Source of the DNA: Minisyncoccota bacterium
GTDB lineage: Bacteria; Patescibacteriota; Minisyncoccia; UBA6257; GWB1-50-10
Assembly: GCA_020059585.1 (NCBI GenBank)
Contig: JAGVBU010000002.1
Coordinates: 27,566 to 91,565, forward strand
Reading direction: 5' to 3'
DNA: 64,000 bases
This document shows positions 36,492 to 47,248 of this stretch, piece by piece (the first letter of the stretch is position 1; every line of letters starts with the position of its first letter). The notes under the pieces were generated by a model. That model saw only the letters and a program-made list of their open reading frames with translations. It was not told the DNA's origin and did no database searches. A program made the position numbers and the translations under genes.

Positions 36492-38546
36492 TCAATTTTT
36501 TCCTATCATACGCAAAAAATCAATTTCCGAAATGACGGGCACTCCTAATTTTTCCGCCTTTTCTTTTTTTGATCCGGGGTTTTTCCCGGCAATAACATAA
36601 TCGGTCTTTTTTGAAACACTTTCCGAAACTTCTCCTCCGTATGCGCGAATTTTTTCCTTTATTTCATTCCGCTCAAATTGATCAAGCGTTCCCGTGACCA
36701 CAAACGTCTTTCCCGCAAGAATGATATTCTCCTTCTTTTCCGACGCAAGAGAAACGCCCGCGTCATCAAATGCCAAGAGAATTTTCTTATGATCATCCTT
36801 ATGGAACCATTCGAAGAGGCTTTTTCCTACTTTCGGCCCCACATCATCAAGTTTCTGAAAATCTTCAAGGGTAAATTTTGAAAACACGTTCCATATATCA
36901 CTTGGCTTTGAGGGGGACTTTTTCCGCGCGAGAACAGCTCTCGAAAGCATGCGTGCTGTTTCCTCTCCCACGTGAAAAATTCCGAGCGAAAAGATAAAAC
37001 GATCAATGCGAATCCTTTTTTTCTCTTCAATCTCGCGAATTATATTTTCTGCCGATTTTTCTCCGAAGCGCTCCAAAATCGCGATATCTCCCTTTTTGAT
37101 GGAAAAAATATCTGCGGCATCCGAGATCAGACCCTCATCGAGAAATCGATCTATGATCTTTGTTCCAAGTCCCCGAATATCAAACGCACCACGAGATACA
37201 AGATGGTAGAGCGCCTCTTTGTGACGCGCGCCACATTTTGGATTACTGCATCGGGAAAGAGCACCATCGCGGATAATTTCCGATCCGTCGACCGGACACC
37301 GTTTCGGCATTATAAATCGCTTCTCCTTTCCTGTCCTTAATTCGGGAAGCACGCGGGTCACTTTTGGAATAACATCGCCGGCTCTGCGTATCACTACCGT
37401 ATCTCCCACCCTTAATTCGAGCCGCGCAATCTCATCTTCGTTATGGAGGGTTGCGTGGGATACGACTACGCCCCCTATAGCGGTCGGTTCCAATTCAGCA
37501 ACGGGAGTAAGCACACCCGTTCTTCCTACTTGTACTTTTATGGCACGAACGATAGTGGTCGCCTCACGCGGAGAAAATTTGTACGCAACTGCCGCCCGCG
37601 GCGCTTTTCCCACCACTCCCGCGTCGTCGAAAAGATCGCATTCATTTACAATAACGACTATCCCATCTATTTCATACGCGAGACGCTCCCTGTTTTTCTC
37701 CCACGCGTCACGGAACGCGTATACCTCGCCAAGCGTATCCAATTTTCTGTTTTTCGGATTGATCGTAAAGCCCCACGATGAAAGCGCGTGATGTTTCTCT
37801 TCGTGCGTATCGAATGTGATCTCGGGGGCAACGGCAATATCATACTGGAAAGAGCGTAGTTTCCGCGACGCGGTAATCGCGGGATCAAGTTGACGCACGG
37901 ATCCCGCGGCAAGATTTCTTGTATTCGCATAGGGTTTTTCACCATTTTTTTCCTGTACTTTATTTATCCGCTCTAATTCGTCTTTTGTGATGAATATCTC
38001 TCCGCGAACCACAAGGTGGTCAGGAATTTTCCATCGCCCTCTCCGGCGGATCTTTTGCGGGATGTCCGAAATCGTCATGAGATTCTGCGTTACGTCCTCT
38101 CCCACCCGTCCGTCTCCGCGCGTTGACCCTCTCACCAAAATCCCCCTCTCATACGTGAGTTCAATCGCAAGACCATCTATCTTCAATTCGCAATAAAACG
38201 AATGCTTCCGAGATATTCCTCCCGCGGAGGAAAAATGCTTTTCAATGCGATCTTCCCACTCCTCCATTTCCTTTTCTGAAAACGCGTCATTCAAGGAGAG
38301 CATGGGCGTTTCATGGGCTACTTTTTCAAACTTTTCGAGAGGACTCCCTCCCACTTTTTTTGTGGGGGAATCTTCAAGAGAAAATTCGGGATATTTACGC
38401 TCAAGCGCCTCAAGTTCGTTTTTGAGGGTGTCGAACGTTTCGTCGGATATTTCAGGGGCATCAAACGTGTGATATCGCGTGCGGTGATATTCGATAAGCG
38501 TTCTTAGTTTTTCTATCCTTCTTCGTATCTCTTCCTTATGTTCCAT
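36492..38546 (-). CDS. ligA: NAD-dependent DNA ligase
   Basis: PMLSL, ELKIDG, TRGDG..GEDVT, VRGE, AYKF, VGRTG, zinc finger, HhH, BRCT. Confidence 0.96.
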   Translation of the reverse strand: MEHKEEIRRRIEKLRTLIEYHRTRYHTFDAPEISDETFDTLKNELEALERKYPEFSLEDSPTKKVGGSPLEKFEKVAHETPMLSLNDAFSEKEMEEWEDRIEKHFSSAGGISRKHSFYCELKIDGLAIELTYERGILVRGSTRGDGRVGEDVTQNLMTISDIPQKIRRRGRWKIPDHLVVRGEIFITKDELERINKVQEKNGEKPYANTRNLAAGSVRQLDPAITASRKLRSFQYDIAVAPEITFDTHEEKHHALSSWGFTINPKNRKLDTLGEVYAFRDAWEKNRERLAYEIDGIVVIVNECDLFDDAGVVGKAPRAAVAYKFSPREATTIVRAIKVQVGRTGVLTPVAELEPTAIGGVVVSHATLHNEDEIARLELRVGDTVVIRRAGDVIPKVTRVLPELRTGKEKRFIMPKRCPVDGSEIIRDGALSRCSNPKCGARHKEALYHLVSRGAFDIRGLGTKIIDRFLDEGLISDAADIFSIKKGDIAILERFGEKSAENIIREIEEKKRIRIDRFIFSLGIFHVGEETARMLSRAVLARKKSPSKPSDIWNVFSKFTLEDFQKLDDVGPKVGKSLFEWFHKDDHKKILLAFDDAGVSLASEKKENIILAGKTFVVTGTLDQFERNEIKEKIRAYGGEVSESVSKKTDYVIAGKNPGSKKEKAEKLGVPVISEIDFLRMIGKN

Positions 38547-38547
38547 A

Positions 38548-39015
38548 TTAATAACGCACCTGATAGAACGTCTCAAGAAGCCGCTCCGTCCGGTCGGCAG
38601 TACCGAACGAACGCACTCGCAATCCATACACAAGGTCATTCTCGGTGCAATCGACTGACGAGATTCTGTCGGCGCCTACGCACCACAATTTTGCTTTATA
38701 TGAGGCTGAATTTCCCACGGAGCCGTTTAGCGTCAATACTCCATCCTCGAAAATACCGCAATTTCCGGAAGGCGCTCCCGATATCCTGAATACGTTCTCA
38801 TTAAGATAATAGCATCCAAGCGCCTCTTCGAGACCCGCATCAGTCGCGAAAACCGCCATCCCCGAGGTGATCGCGTCATTCGATTGCCGCAATTCCATAT
38901 GCATAAGAAACCCCGCGATTACGGTTGCGGAAAGCACAATGAAGCCGGTGATGATGGTAATAAGTATCATCGCCTGACCATCTCGCGCGTGAAATGTGAT
39001 ATTTTTTCTCGTCAT
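38548..39015 (-). CDS. PilX-like minor pilin
   Basis: G|QAMILI prepilin-like N-terminus, A..TDAGLEEAL. Confidence 0.7.
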   Translation of the reverse strand: MTRKNITFHARDGQAMILITIITGFIVLSATVIAGFLMHMELRQSNDAITSGMAVFATDAGLEEALGCYYLNENVFRISGAPSGNCGIFEDGVLTLNGSVGNSASYKAKLWCVGADRISSVDCTENDLVYGLRVRSFGTADRTERLLETFYQVRY

Positions 39016-39626
39016 ATTTCTTTGCATCGATGAGGATCGGCACCGCTTGCGTTCTGTATCTCCCTCGGCAAAATTCGCGAACTCACCGTGGTGCTTATGA
39101 ACGATGATGGCGCCCCCAGAGGATTCTCAAGATTGAGGTTTTTTGATTTTATCTCAAGGCTAATAACAAATCTTGGCGGATAGCATACCGGATTCTGAGA
39201 ATCTCCCGAATAAAACGAATAAAAGCAAAGATTCTTCACCTCAACATTCGAGGCGGTTAAAGGACCGCTTCCTCCTCCTGACGAGGATCTCGTGATCGCG
39301 CCGCCGCTTAACGCATACGTGATCACTACCGGATTTCCTGACATATCTATCTCCTGTCCGCTTGTAAATGTGATTGACTGCGCGCAATCCGAAAGAGACG
39401 CAGCCTGCCCCTCTCCGAAATATCCTGTGCGCAATTCGCGCGCCATCTGCTCAAGTACAAGTCCCGCATTGTTATTCATCGAAATGCGCTCGCTGAGGAA
39501 CCTTTGATTTTTTGTCGCGCCGAAAAATACTCCTATCGCGCCCACAAAAAATACAACAAACACGGTCATCGCGACAAGAAGCTCAACTACCGTGAAACCC
39601 TCGTTATGTGCTTTGTGGTGTTTCAT
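39012..39626 (-). CDS. Type IV minor pilin (PilW-like)
   Basis: EG|FTVVELLVAM; LEQMARELRTG. Confidence 0.85.
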   Translation of the reverse strand: MKHHKAHNEGFTVVELLVAMTVFVVFFVGAIGVFFGATKNQRFLSERISMNNNAGLVLEQMARELRTGYFGEGQAASLSDCAQSITFTSGQEIDMSGNPVVITYALSGGAITRSSSGGGSGPLTASNVEVKNLCFYSFYSGDSQNPVCYPPRFVISLEIKSKNLNLENPLGAPSSFISTTVSSRILPREIQNASGADPHRCKEI

Positions 39627-40180
39627 TATTGCGGATTATACTGGGGAGTTGAACGCTCTCTCCAGTTTTGAAATACATCGGAAAGATGCACTGTATATTT
39701 TCTTCCATCCGCCGTCCATTCCACGAAGGAATCGACAGTGATCACATCGCCGCTCGCGCCCACCTTCACCGTGCGATAGTAGGGAGTTGTGAGCGATCCA
39801 TCATATGAATATCTCCCCGTCGTTTTATTGAGGCGAAGAGGCGTGGTGGAAGTAGAGGCAAGCGAGGAAGGAAGCGTGTCAAGCTTCGTGTCGTATTCAA
39901 TCTCGAACCACCCCGAAAGTCCCTCATTCCACGTCGCTGAATCCGTCCGATATGTTCTTTCCACGTTTGTATCGATTATATTTTTAATCACCTCTATTCC
40001 TTCCGCCGCAAGATAAGTCGCCACAACGCGATTCTCAACATCCTTATTCATATGCGTCGATCGCGTCACAAGATTGAATATCCCCACAAGCCCCACAACA
40101 ACAAGGCTGATCGCGATCATTGATTCGATCATCATGCTTCCCTTCCTCTGACTGTTTTTTTTGAATTGATGATTCAGCAT
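39626..40180 (-). CDS. Type IV minor pilin (PilV-like)
   Basis: KG|SMMIESMIA; ATYLAAEGIE. Confidence 0.8.
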   Translation of the reverse strand: MLNHQFKKNSQRKGSMMIESMIAISLVVVGLVGIFNLVTRSTHMNKDVENRVVATYLAAEGIEVIKNIIDTNVERTYRTDSATWNEGLSGWFEIEYDTKLDTLPSSLASTSTTPLRLNKTTGRYSYDGSLTTPYYRTVKVGASGDVITVDSFVEWTADGRKYTVHLSDVFQNWRERSTPQYNPQ

Positions 40181-40188
40181 ATCGAATA

Positions 40189-40707
40189 TTATTTTATTGA
40201 AATAGAGCCTCCCGCGCTCACTTCGATTATTTTTTCATATGGGAGCCCCGCGATTTTCATTCGTATCTCGCCTGAATTTTCCGTTTCAAGATACGGCGCG
40301 ACAAACGCAACCCATCCCTGATTTGGAATCATCGAGAATGACACACCCGAATCAAGCTGATACGAATTCACTGTTTCGCGCGCGCCGGCATTTCCTACGG
40401 GACACGTGAAATCTTCAACGTCCTTCGTGACGCGAAATATCGAATACGCGCCGCCCATCGTGAAAGAGACTCCGTACGCGCACACCCGCACGTCAATATT
40501 CACATCGTCCTTCTTGAGACGCTGGAGCGTGAGGGACTTCGCTTCCTCCAACACGCCCATCACCTTCATCTCCTCCGTATAAAGCAGGAGATTCTTCCCG
40601 CTCGTACGGTTAAACCCTATAAAAAGCGATGAGAGAATCAGCATAATCGCGGTTACCACGATTATTTCAACAATAGAAAATCCTTCTTTTTTCTTCCTAT
40701 TCTCCAT
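40189..40707 (-). CDS. Type IV minor pilin (FimT/FimU-like)
   Basis: EG|FSIVEIIVV. Confidence 0.8.
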   Translation of the reverse strand: MENRKKKEGFSIVEIIVVTAIMLILSSLFIGFNRTSGKNLLLYTEEMKVMGVLEEAKSLTLQRLKKDDVNIDVRVCAYGVSFTMGGAYSIFRVTKDVEDFTCPVGNAGARETVNSYQLDSGVSFSMIPNQGWVAFVAPYLETENSGEIRMKIAGLPYEKIIEVSAGGSISIK

Positions 40708-40755
40708 ATGTATATACCCTAATGATACCACGCGGAGATGGTCTTTTCGAGGAAA

Positions 40756-41664
40756 TTAGAAGGAAAAAAGCGCTGAAAAATACCACTCTATGATCGCGTG
40801 GCCGAAGAACACCGCCGCCACGAATCCAAGCACGAGAAACGGCGCGAATGGAACCCTGTCTTTCATTTTTTTTATCCTCAGAAAAAAGGCCGTTGCCGCC
40901 CATATGCCCCCAAAAAGAAAGGAAAAAAATATCGCAACGCCAACATCAGGCCATCCAAGAAGGATCCCCGAGGAAAACGCGAGTTTCACATCCCCCATTC
41001 CCATTCCTCTCCCTTTGCTCGCGGCAAAAAGCGCCGAGAAAAATGTTCCCGCGATGAGTGACCCCGCGATCCTCCCTCCCACAATTCCCACGAAAGGAGA
41101 GAATATAAGAGTGTAGTTTTTAACAAACGATTCACGAAACGGGATGAGCGTATCTCCATAAAACACGAGAATCGCCGCGATTGCCGCTCCGGACAGCGCG
41201 AAAAAAATATGGAACTCATCGGGAATTATATAGTGCTTTATATCAATAAGAAGCATTACGAGCCACGCGAGAAAAACCGCCGTCCAAAGACTAAGAAGCG
41301 CGTACTGCCACCACGGAGCCGAAAAAGAGAAAAGAGACTCTACTGATATTCCGTAGAATCGCGCGAGAAAGATTGGCACCCCCGCGACGATAAACCCGCT
41401 TATGATTTCGACAAGCGGATATTGAAAAGAGATTTTTTCCTTGCATCTCGCGCACTTCCCCCTCAAAAAAAGAAAACTGAAAATAGGAACGAGAGACGAC
41501 GCGGAAATTGTCTTTCCGCACTTCATGCAATGAGATCTCCCTGTAAAGTGGGGAGTGAAAAAAAGCGGCCGCGCGGGATCATAACGCGCAACGAACACAT
41601 TATTCAGAAAACTCCCCAGCGCCGCGCCAAGAAGGAAAAGCGCGCACGCGAAAAATATTATCAT
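40756..41664 (-). CDS. pilD: Prepilin peptidase
   Basis: GSFLN, RSHC..C, RGKC..C, YPLVE, GMGMGDVKL, PFAPFL. Confidence 0.92.
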   Translation of the reverse strand: MIIFFACALFLLGAALGSFLNNVFVARYDPARPLFFTPHFTGRSHCMKCGKTISASSLVPIFSFLFLRGKCARCKEKISFQYPLVEIISGFIVAGVPIFLARFYGISVESLFSFSAPWWQYALLSLWTAVFLAWLVMLLIDIKHYIIPDEFHIFFALSGAAIAAILVFYGDTLIPFRESFVKNYTLIFSPFVGIVGGRIAGSLIAGTFFSALFAASKGRGMGMGDVKLAFSSGILLGWPDVGVAIFFSFLFGGIWAATAFFLRIKKMKDRVPFAPFLVLGFVAAVFFGHAIIEWYFSALFSF

Positions 41665-41729
41665 TGTCTATTCATTATAAAAAAAGAGAGGCGCAATTGC
41701 ACCTCCCCTTCCAGTAACACGCTCTATGA

Positions 41730-42143
41730 TTACGGACACAACGCCCCGCTCGGCGCGGTTGTCGTTATCTTTGCGGTACCCGTGCTGTCAACGCAGTAAT
41801 ACTGCGTTGCGCCTGTTCCTGTTTTCGTGAGAAGTGGCGAAGACACCCTATAGTCCGTTCCGGAAACGCTTACAGCAAGCACCCCTCCTTGGCTCGTCAC
41901 TTCTGTCACAAGTCTTACCACAGACGTCTGACCCGTAGTGAAATCAGCATACGGCGTCGCGCTTGCGGGATTATAAAGCGTTTCCGCGATTGCGCGGGCC
42001 TGCTGTATCGCGCTTGTGATTCTTGCGTCTTTTGCCTTATCTCTTGAAGGACCGAGCGCAACCAACACCGCCGCGGAAAGAATACCTATAATAGCGACTA
42101 CCACCAACATTTCAATCAATGTAAAACCCTTATTTGATTTCAT
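41730..42143 (-). CDS. pilA: Major type IV pilin
   Basis: KG|FTLIEMLVVVAIIGIL; KAKDAR; YCVDSTG...C. Confidence 0.88.
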   Translation of the reverse strand: MKSNKGFTLIEMLVVVAIIGILSAAVLVALGPSRDKAKDARITSAIQQARAIAETLYNPASATPYADFTTGQTSVVRLVTEVTSQGGVLAVSVSGTDYRVSSPLLTKTGTGATQYYCVDSTGTAKITTTAPSGALCP

Positions 42144-42209
42144 ATTTACGAAAATTCTTATGCCTCGACCTTGAAAATTGATATGTCTCATTATATCACA
42201 TCTTTTTCC

Positions 42210-43415
42210 TCAAAACGATTGCGTCAAACTGTAGAGCGGAAGGAGAATCGCGGCAAAGAGAAGCGCGATCATTCCCCCGATAATCACCATAAGAAGAGGC
42301 TGGATGAGCGTCACAAGATTATTCACCATATCCTCAACCTCTCTCGTATAAAAATCATTTACCTTTTTCAGAAGTTCCTCGAGTCGCCCCGTTGATTCTC
42401 CTATTGAGACAAGTTGCGACACAAGAGGGGGGAATTCCTCAATTTCCTCAAGAATTTTCGAAAGAAGCTTTCCTTTGCGTATCTGCTCGGACGCTCCCTG
42501 CAAAAGGTCCTCGTATATTTTATTTCCTACCGTTCTCGAGGAAATTTCTATCGCCTGCGGGATAGTGAGTCCGCCACGGATGAGCACGCGCGTTGATTCC
42601 GCGAAACGCGCGATATACATCTTTCTCAAAAGTTTTCCCACTACCGGCGTATGGAGACTCACCTCATCAAGCACGAGACGCCCTTCCTTCGTCTGTAAAT
42701 AATCGATAAGGATAAAAATGAATATCGCGAATAGAAGCATCATCGCCCACCACCACTCCCCTATGAATATTCCCGACTTTAATATAAGCGTCGTATAGAA
42801 AGGAACCGCGACATTTGCCTCTTCAAACACCGGCATAATCTGCGGAAACACAAATGTCACCATGATAAGAATCACGACGAAAAAGAGTATGACAACGAAG
42901 ACAGGATACGCGAGCGCATTCTGAACTTTCGATTTCAAAAGAGCCTGCTTCTCGAGATAGTCCGCGAGGAAGTCCATCACCTCCGAAAGACGCCCGGTGA
43001 CCTCCGCGGAGCGCACCATATTGATGTAAAAATCGGAAAAAATTCCCGGATGTTTTTCAAATGCCTGCGACAAGGAGAATCCGGCGTCAACGTCGTTCGA
43101 TATCTCATAGATCGCTTCCTTGAGAATCGGGTTTGTTGTCTGTTTGAAAAGATTTATAAGACTGTCTGAAATGGAAACCTGTGACGCGAGAAGTGTCGCG
43201 AATTGCCGCGTGAAAATCATCACGTCGTTCACCTTCACCCGCTTCAAAAATCCAAGGATGCGCTCGTACCACACGTCGTTCTTTTCCTCCTCGATACTCA
43301 GCACAAAAAGCCCGTGTCCAAAAAGTATATTGAGCGCGGTTTCTCTGTTTGACGCCTCCACGTCTCCCACCTGCAACTCGCCCTCCTTTGTTCTCGCTTT
43401 GTATTGAAACTTCAT
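42210..43415 (-). CDS. pilC: Type IV pilus platform protein PilC (GspF family)
   Basis: FTRQFATLL, E.TGRL, ALAYP, GESTG.L, IQP. Confidence 0.92.
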   Translation of the reverse strand: MKFQYKARTKEGELQVGDVEASNRETALNILFGHGLFVLSIEEEKNDVWYERILGFLKRVKVNDVMIFTRQFATLLASQVSISDSLINLFKQTTNPILKEAIYEISNDVDAGFSLSQAFEKHPGIFSDFYINMVRSAEVTGRLSEVMDFLADYLEKQALLKSKVQNALAYPVFVVILFFVVILIMVTFVFPQIMPVFEEANVAVPFYTTLILKSGIFIGEWWWAMMLLFAIFIFILIDYLQTKEGRLVLDEVSLHTPVVGKLLRKMYIARFAESTRVLIRGGLTIPQAIEISSRTVGNKIYEDLLQGASEQIRKGKLLSKILEEIEEFPPLVSQLVSIGESTGRLEELLKKVNDFYTREVEDMVNNLVTLIQPLLMVIIGGMIALLFAAILLPLYSLTQSF

Positions 43416-43426
43416 TTTTTTATATA

Positions 43427-44497
43427 CTATGAACGCTCAAGCAATATTCTCAATTCCGAAGGATTCAGCGAATAGGCCTCTGCCTGCTCCACAGAAATTT
43501 CTTTTCGCTTTATCAGGTTTACAAGCGATCGGTTCAGAGACATCATTCCGTCCTGAACGCTTGTTTCTATCACAAGATCAATCTGATATATCTTCTTCTC
43601 GCGAATAAGATTTCTGATCGCGGGATTTACAAGCATGATTTCCGCCGCGGGCACGCGTCCCCCTCCAACACGTGGAACAAGACGCTGGGATACCGTCGCG
43701 ACAAGCGTTGACGCGAGCTGCGAAATCACCTGTCCCTGCTGATTTGGGGGAAAGCTGTCGATAATGCGATCTATTGTCTGGGACGCCGAGTTAGTATGAA
43801 GCGTGGAAAATACGAGATGTCCGGTTTCCGCCGCGGTCATCGCGGTCGCGATTGTTTCCGGATCGCGCATTTCCCCAACCATAAGCACATCAGGATCCTG
43901 ACGGAGAATCGCACGGAGCGCATCCTGAAACGAATGCGTATCGTCCCCGACTTCACGCTGTGAAATTATCGAACGATCCTGCGAAAAAATATATTCAATG
44001 GGATCTTCCACGGTGACAATATGATCGTTTCTCGTGTGGTTTACCTCATCGAGCATCGCCGCAAGCGTCGTGGACTTTCCATGTCCCGCGGGACCCACAA
44101 TAAGAATAAATCCTTGATTCATCCGCGCGAAATCATGCAATATCGGCGGAAGACTCAATTCCTCTATCGTGCGTATCTGAGCGGGAATAAGACGGAGCGC
44201 CGCGGCAACAAATCCCCTCTGAAAATAGACGTTTACGCGAAACCTCGCCTTATCTTCGAAATTGTATGAAAAGTCTATCTGCCTGCGGTCGAGAAGCTCT
44301 TTCATCTGCTCCTCTGTGAGCATCGCGGAAATAAGTCCCTCCGCATCCTCTTTTGTGATGATAGATTCTTTCGCAAGCGGAATGAGCACGCTATCAATGC
44401 GTATCGTGGGGCGCCGTCCCACAGCGATATGAATATCCGACGCGTTTTGCTTCGCGGTCACAAGAAGAAGTTCGTTGAGTTTTTGCTTATAATCCAT
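43427..44497 (-). CDS. pilT: Type IV pilus retraction ATPase
   Basis: ASDIH, RFRVN, GPAGHGKSTT, EDPIE, RQDPDV, AETGHLV.STLHT, AIRNLIRE. Confidence 0.94.
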   Translation of the reverse strand: MDYKQKLNELLLVTAKQNASDIHIAVGRRPTIRIDSVLIPLAKESIITKEDAEGLISAMLTEEQMKELLDRRQIDFSYNFEDKARFRVNVYFQRGFVAAALRLIPAQIRTIEELSLPPILHDFARMNQGFILIVGPAGHGKSTTLAAMLDEVNHTRNDHIVTVEDPIEYIFSQDRSIISQREVGDDTHSFQDALRAILRQDPDVLMVGEMRDPETIATAMTAAETGHLVFSTLHTNSASQTIDRIIDSFPPNQQGQVISQLASTLVATVSQRLVPRVGGGRVPAAEIMLVNPAIRNLIREKKIYQIDLVIETSVQDGMMSLNRSLVNLIKRKEISVEQAEAYSLNPSELRILLERS

Positions 44498-44538
44498 TCT
44501 TTTATCTTATCATACTTTTTCTCCGTATTCCTTGAGGA

Positions 44539-46287
44539 TTATTCCTCCTCCTCGGTCTCACGGAGCACTTCTTCTATAAGCACCTTCCCCTCGAGTGCCT
44601 TCATAACGCCATCCTGCCGAAGCGTGATCATTTCCTGCCTCCGCGCCTCTTCCCACAAATCAGCCTCCGTGAAGCTCTTGTTTATTATTTTTCCCACCTC
44701 TCTCGTCATCTGAAATACCTCAAGAAGTGCTACCCTTCCTTTTATTCCCTTTCCTTTACACATAGGACATGATGCGTCACCCCCCGCGCGGTACGTATGA
44801 TATGGACCATTTCCGAATTTCGAAACAATTTCCTTGCGGACTTTTTCAGGAAGCTCTTTTATCGCTTTTTCAATTGACTCCTTTATCTCTCCTTCCGCAA
44901 TCTCCTCTTTTCTGCATTTTTGACACACCTTTCCGACAAGTCGCTGCGCAAGCATGATATTCAACGCCGAGGAAAGAAGAAACGGGGGTACGCCGAGGTC
45001 AATAAAACGCGGAATAACGCCGATTGAATTGTTCGTGTGGATTGTGGAAAGCATCACATGACCGGTAAGTGCCGCGTTCACCGCAAGAGACGCGGTTTCC
45101 GTGTCGCGGATTTCACCAACCATTACCACATCGGGATCCTGGCGGAGAATCTGACGGAGTCCTGACGCGAACGTATATCCTATTTCCGGCTTTACCTGAG
45201 ACTGGTTGATCCCCGTCATAAAATATTCAACAGGATCTTCGAGACTCACTATGTTCACCGCGTCCGAATTCAATTTCTGCATCATCGCGTACAGCGTGGT
45301 GCTCTTTCCAGATCCGGTGGGTCCCGATATGAGAATCATGCCGAAAGGCGCGTTCAACGCGTTTTCAATAATCTCATAGTCCTGATTGTTGAGTCCCACG
45401 TCCTTAAGATCCTTGAGTCCTCCGATTGCGTCGAGCACGCGGATCGCCACCTTTTCTCCCGAAGGAGTGGGAAATGTCGCGATACGAAAATCTATCTCGC
45501 GTCCGGAAATGAGCGTTCGGAAGCGTCCATCTTGAGGCATGCGCGTTTCATCGAGCCGTAATTTCGCCAACACCTTCACACGGGAAATGACGGGCTGAGA
45601 TAATACGCCAGGAAGCGACGCGACTTCATGTAATTCTCCATCGATGCGGAAACGGACACGCAAATAGTTCCTTTGCGGTTCTATATGAATATCGGATGCG
45701 GCGCTCTCCACCGCGTGCCGCAGAGTTGAGGCAACTATCTTTATAATCGGCGCGTCATCAGGAGTGCGCGCACCCTCTTCAAGCGCGACCACTCTGTCCG
45801 ATTCGCTCTGCTTGAGATTCATCTCTTTTATCGCTGATTCTATCTCGTCTTTATATGGAAGGTAACGTCGCCACACTTCCGCGAGATCCGACGGAGTGAC
45901 GAGATATACGCCGAGACTTACCCGTTCGCGCTTCGCGATAAAACGCAATGCTTCTTGCGCGCGGAGATCGTCAGGGTGCAACATACCCACGACAAACATA
46001 TCTCCCGTTTTCTCTATGGGGATCACGCGATAATTCTGGGATGTGTCTTTCGGAATCAGCTTAAAAAGCTCCTCGGGAATAAGCGCGGGATTTATTTTTT
46101 TATATGGCGCTCCAAGGAGCGCGCTTTTTACCTTCGCGATCGCGCTTTCATCCACATGCGCGCGATCATACAAAAGCTCCTCCGCGGAAGTATTCGAAAG
46201 TTCCGCTTCGTGCAAAATCTTTTCCGCGAGCGCGGAATCGATTATGTTCTTTTTTACCAACTCGTCAAATAATTGCTCGTTCTTCAT
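44539..46287 (-). CDS. pilB: Type IV pilus assembly ATPase
   Basis: ASDIHIEP, PQDGRF, GPTGSGKSTT, LRQDPD, AQRL...CxxC...CxxC. Confidence 0.94.
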   Translation of the reverse strand: MKNEQLFDELVKKNIIDSALAEKILHEAELSNTSAEELLYDRAHVDESAIAKVKSALLGAPYKKINPALIPEELFKLIPKDTSQNYRVIPIEKTGDMFVVGMLHPDDLRAQEALRFIAKRERVSLGVYLVTPSDLAEVWRRYLPYKDEIESAIKEMNLKQSESDRVVALEEGARTPDDAPIIKIVASTLRHAVESAASDIHIEPQRNYLRVRFRIDGELHEVASLPGVLSQPVISRVKVLAKLRLDETRMPQDGRFRTLISGREIDFRIATFPTPSGEKVAIRVLDAIGGLKDLKDVGLNNQDYEIIENALNAPFGMILISGPTGSGKSTTLYAMMQKLNSDAVNIVSLEDPVEYFMTGINQSQVKPEIGYTFASGLRQILRQDPDVVMVGEIRDTETASLAVNAALTGHVMLSTIHTNNSIGVIPRFIDLGVPPFLLSSALNIMLAQRLVGKVCQKCRKEEIAEGEIKESIEKAIKELPEKVRKEIVSKFGNGPYHTYRAGGDASCPMCKGKGIKGRVALLEVFQMTREVGKIINKSFTEADLWEEARRQEMITLRQDGVMKALEGKVLIEEVLRETEEEE

Positions 46288-46340
46288 AGATAACGTTGTT
46301 CGAATCGGAGACCCTTTCTCTCGAATATCCGCGTTCCCAC

Positions 46341-46637
46341 TTATTGCAGAGGCTGAAACGGGTTGTCGCGTCCGGGAATCTGTACCTTCGAAATATTCGA
46401 GGCATATTGCCGGAGCGATTTGAATACAGGAGAATCTATCACGCTCGCCGGATCAAACGTAAGTTCAGATATGCGATCTATTTCCTGAAGTTGGCGCGGG
46501 GCAACTACTTCTATGAGTTCTGGTTTTTTGAAAAAAAGCACATAACTTCCAAAACCCACAATACCTAAAATAATAAACACAATGACCATTGCGAACCAAT
46601 TCACGGGTTTTTTTTCTTCTTCAATAATAATCGCCAT
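46341..46637 (-). CDS. Small membrane protein in the PilP position
   Basis: One TM helix; C-terminal GRDNPF motif. Confidence 0.7.
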   Translation of the reverse strand: MAIIIEEEKKPVNWFAMVIVFIILGIVGFGSYVLFFKKPELIEVVAPRQLQEIDRISELTFDPASVIDSPVFKSLRQYASNISKVQIPGRDNPFQPLQ

Positions 46638-46642
46638 AATAG

Positions 46643-47230
46643 TTATTCTTGGAAATACATTTCGACGTTCACGACAAGCGTATAGATATTCGATATAGGC
46701 GCGCCTCCCTGCAGGGCCGGAGATTGGAGCGGCGCAATCGTCGCGTCGCCAACATTTGCCACTCTGATATTTGTTTCGAGACCCTCAAGAAACGCCTTCA
46801 GATTTTGATATTCTCCTCTCACTCCTATCGTCACCGCGAGCGACCCAAGGCGTTTTACGATGAGCTGATCTGAGGACGCGGAAACAAACGGCTGCATTTC
46901 CGTCGAAAAATCAGTGAGATCTACCTGATTGCTTTTTGCAATCGCGTACACCTGATGGAGCGCGTCCGTCACCGACGCGCCGCGAGGAATCGCAAGCGAT
47001 ACCTTATCGCTGAAACTTCCCGAGTTCTGAAGCTGATCAATAATGCTCTTTACCTCAGTCACCGCCTGCGTCTTGCTTGAAAAGAGAACTTCCTTTGAAA
47101 CGATCTCTCCCCGCCTGATTCCTATCGTTTCCATCGTGGGTTTTATAAAATTCCCATATACCACAAGCGCCCCCACAAGAAAGAGTCCTGAAAACGCGAT
47201 ACTTAATATTCTTTTTGTTGATGCTTTCAT
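46643..47230 (-). CDS. pilO: PilO-like protein
   Basis: TM, coiled coil, GEYQNLKAFL..LE.N.R. Confidence 0.78.
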   Translation of the reverse strand: MKASTKRILSIAFSGLFLVGALVVYGNFIKPTMETIGIRRGEIVSKEVLFSSKTQAVTEVKSIIDQLQNSGSFSDKVSLAIPRGASVTDALHQVYAIAKSNQVDLTDFSTEMQPFVSASSDQLIVKRLGSLAVTIGVRGEYQNLKAFLEGLETNIRVANVGDATIAPLQSPALQGGAPISNIYTLVVNVEMYFQE

Positions 47231-47248
47231 TGTATAGAATATACCGCC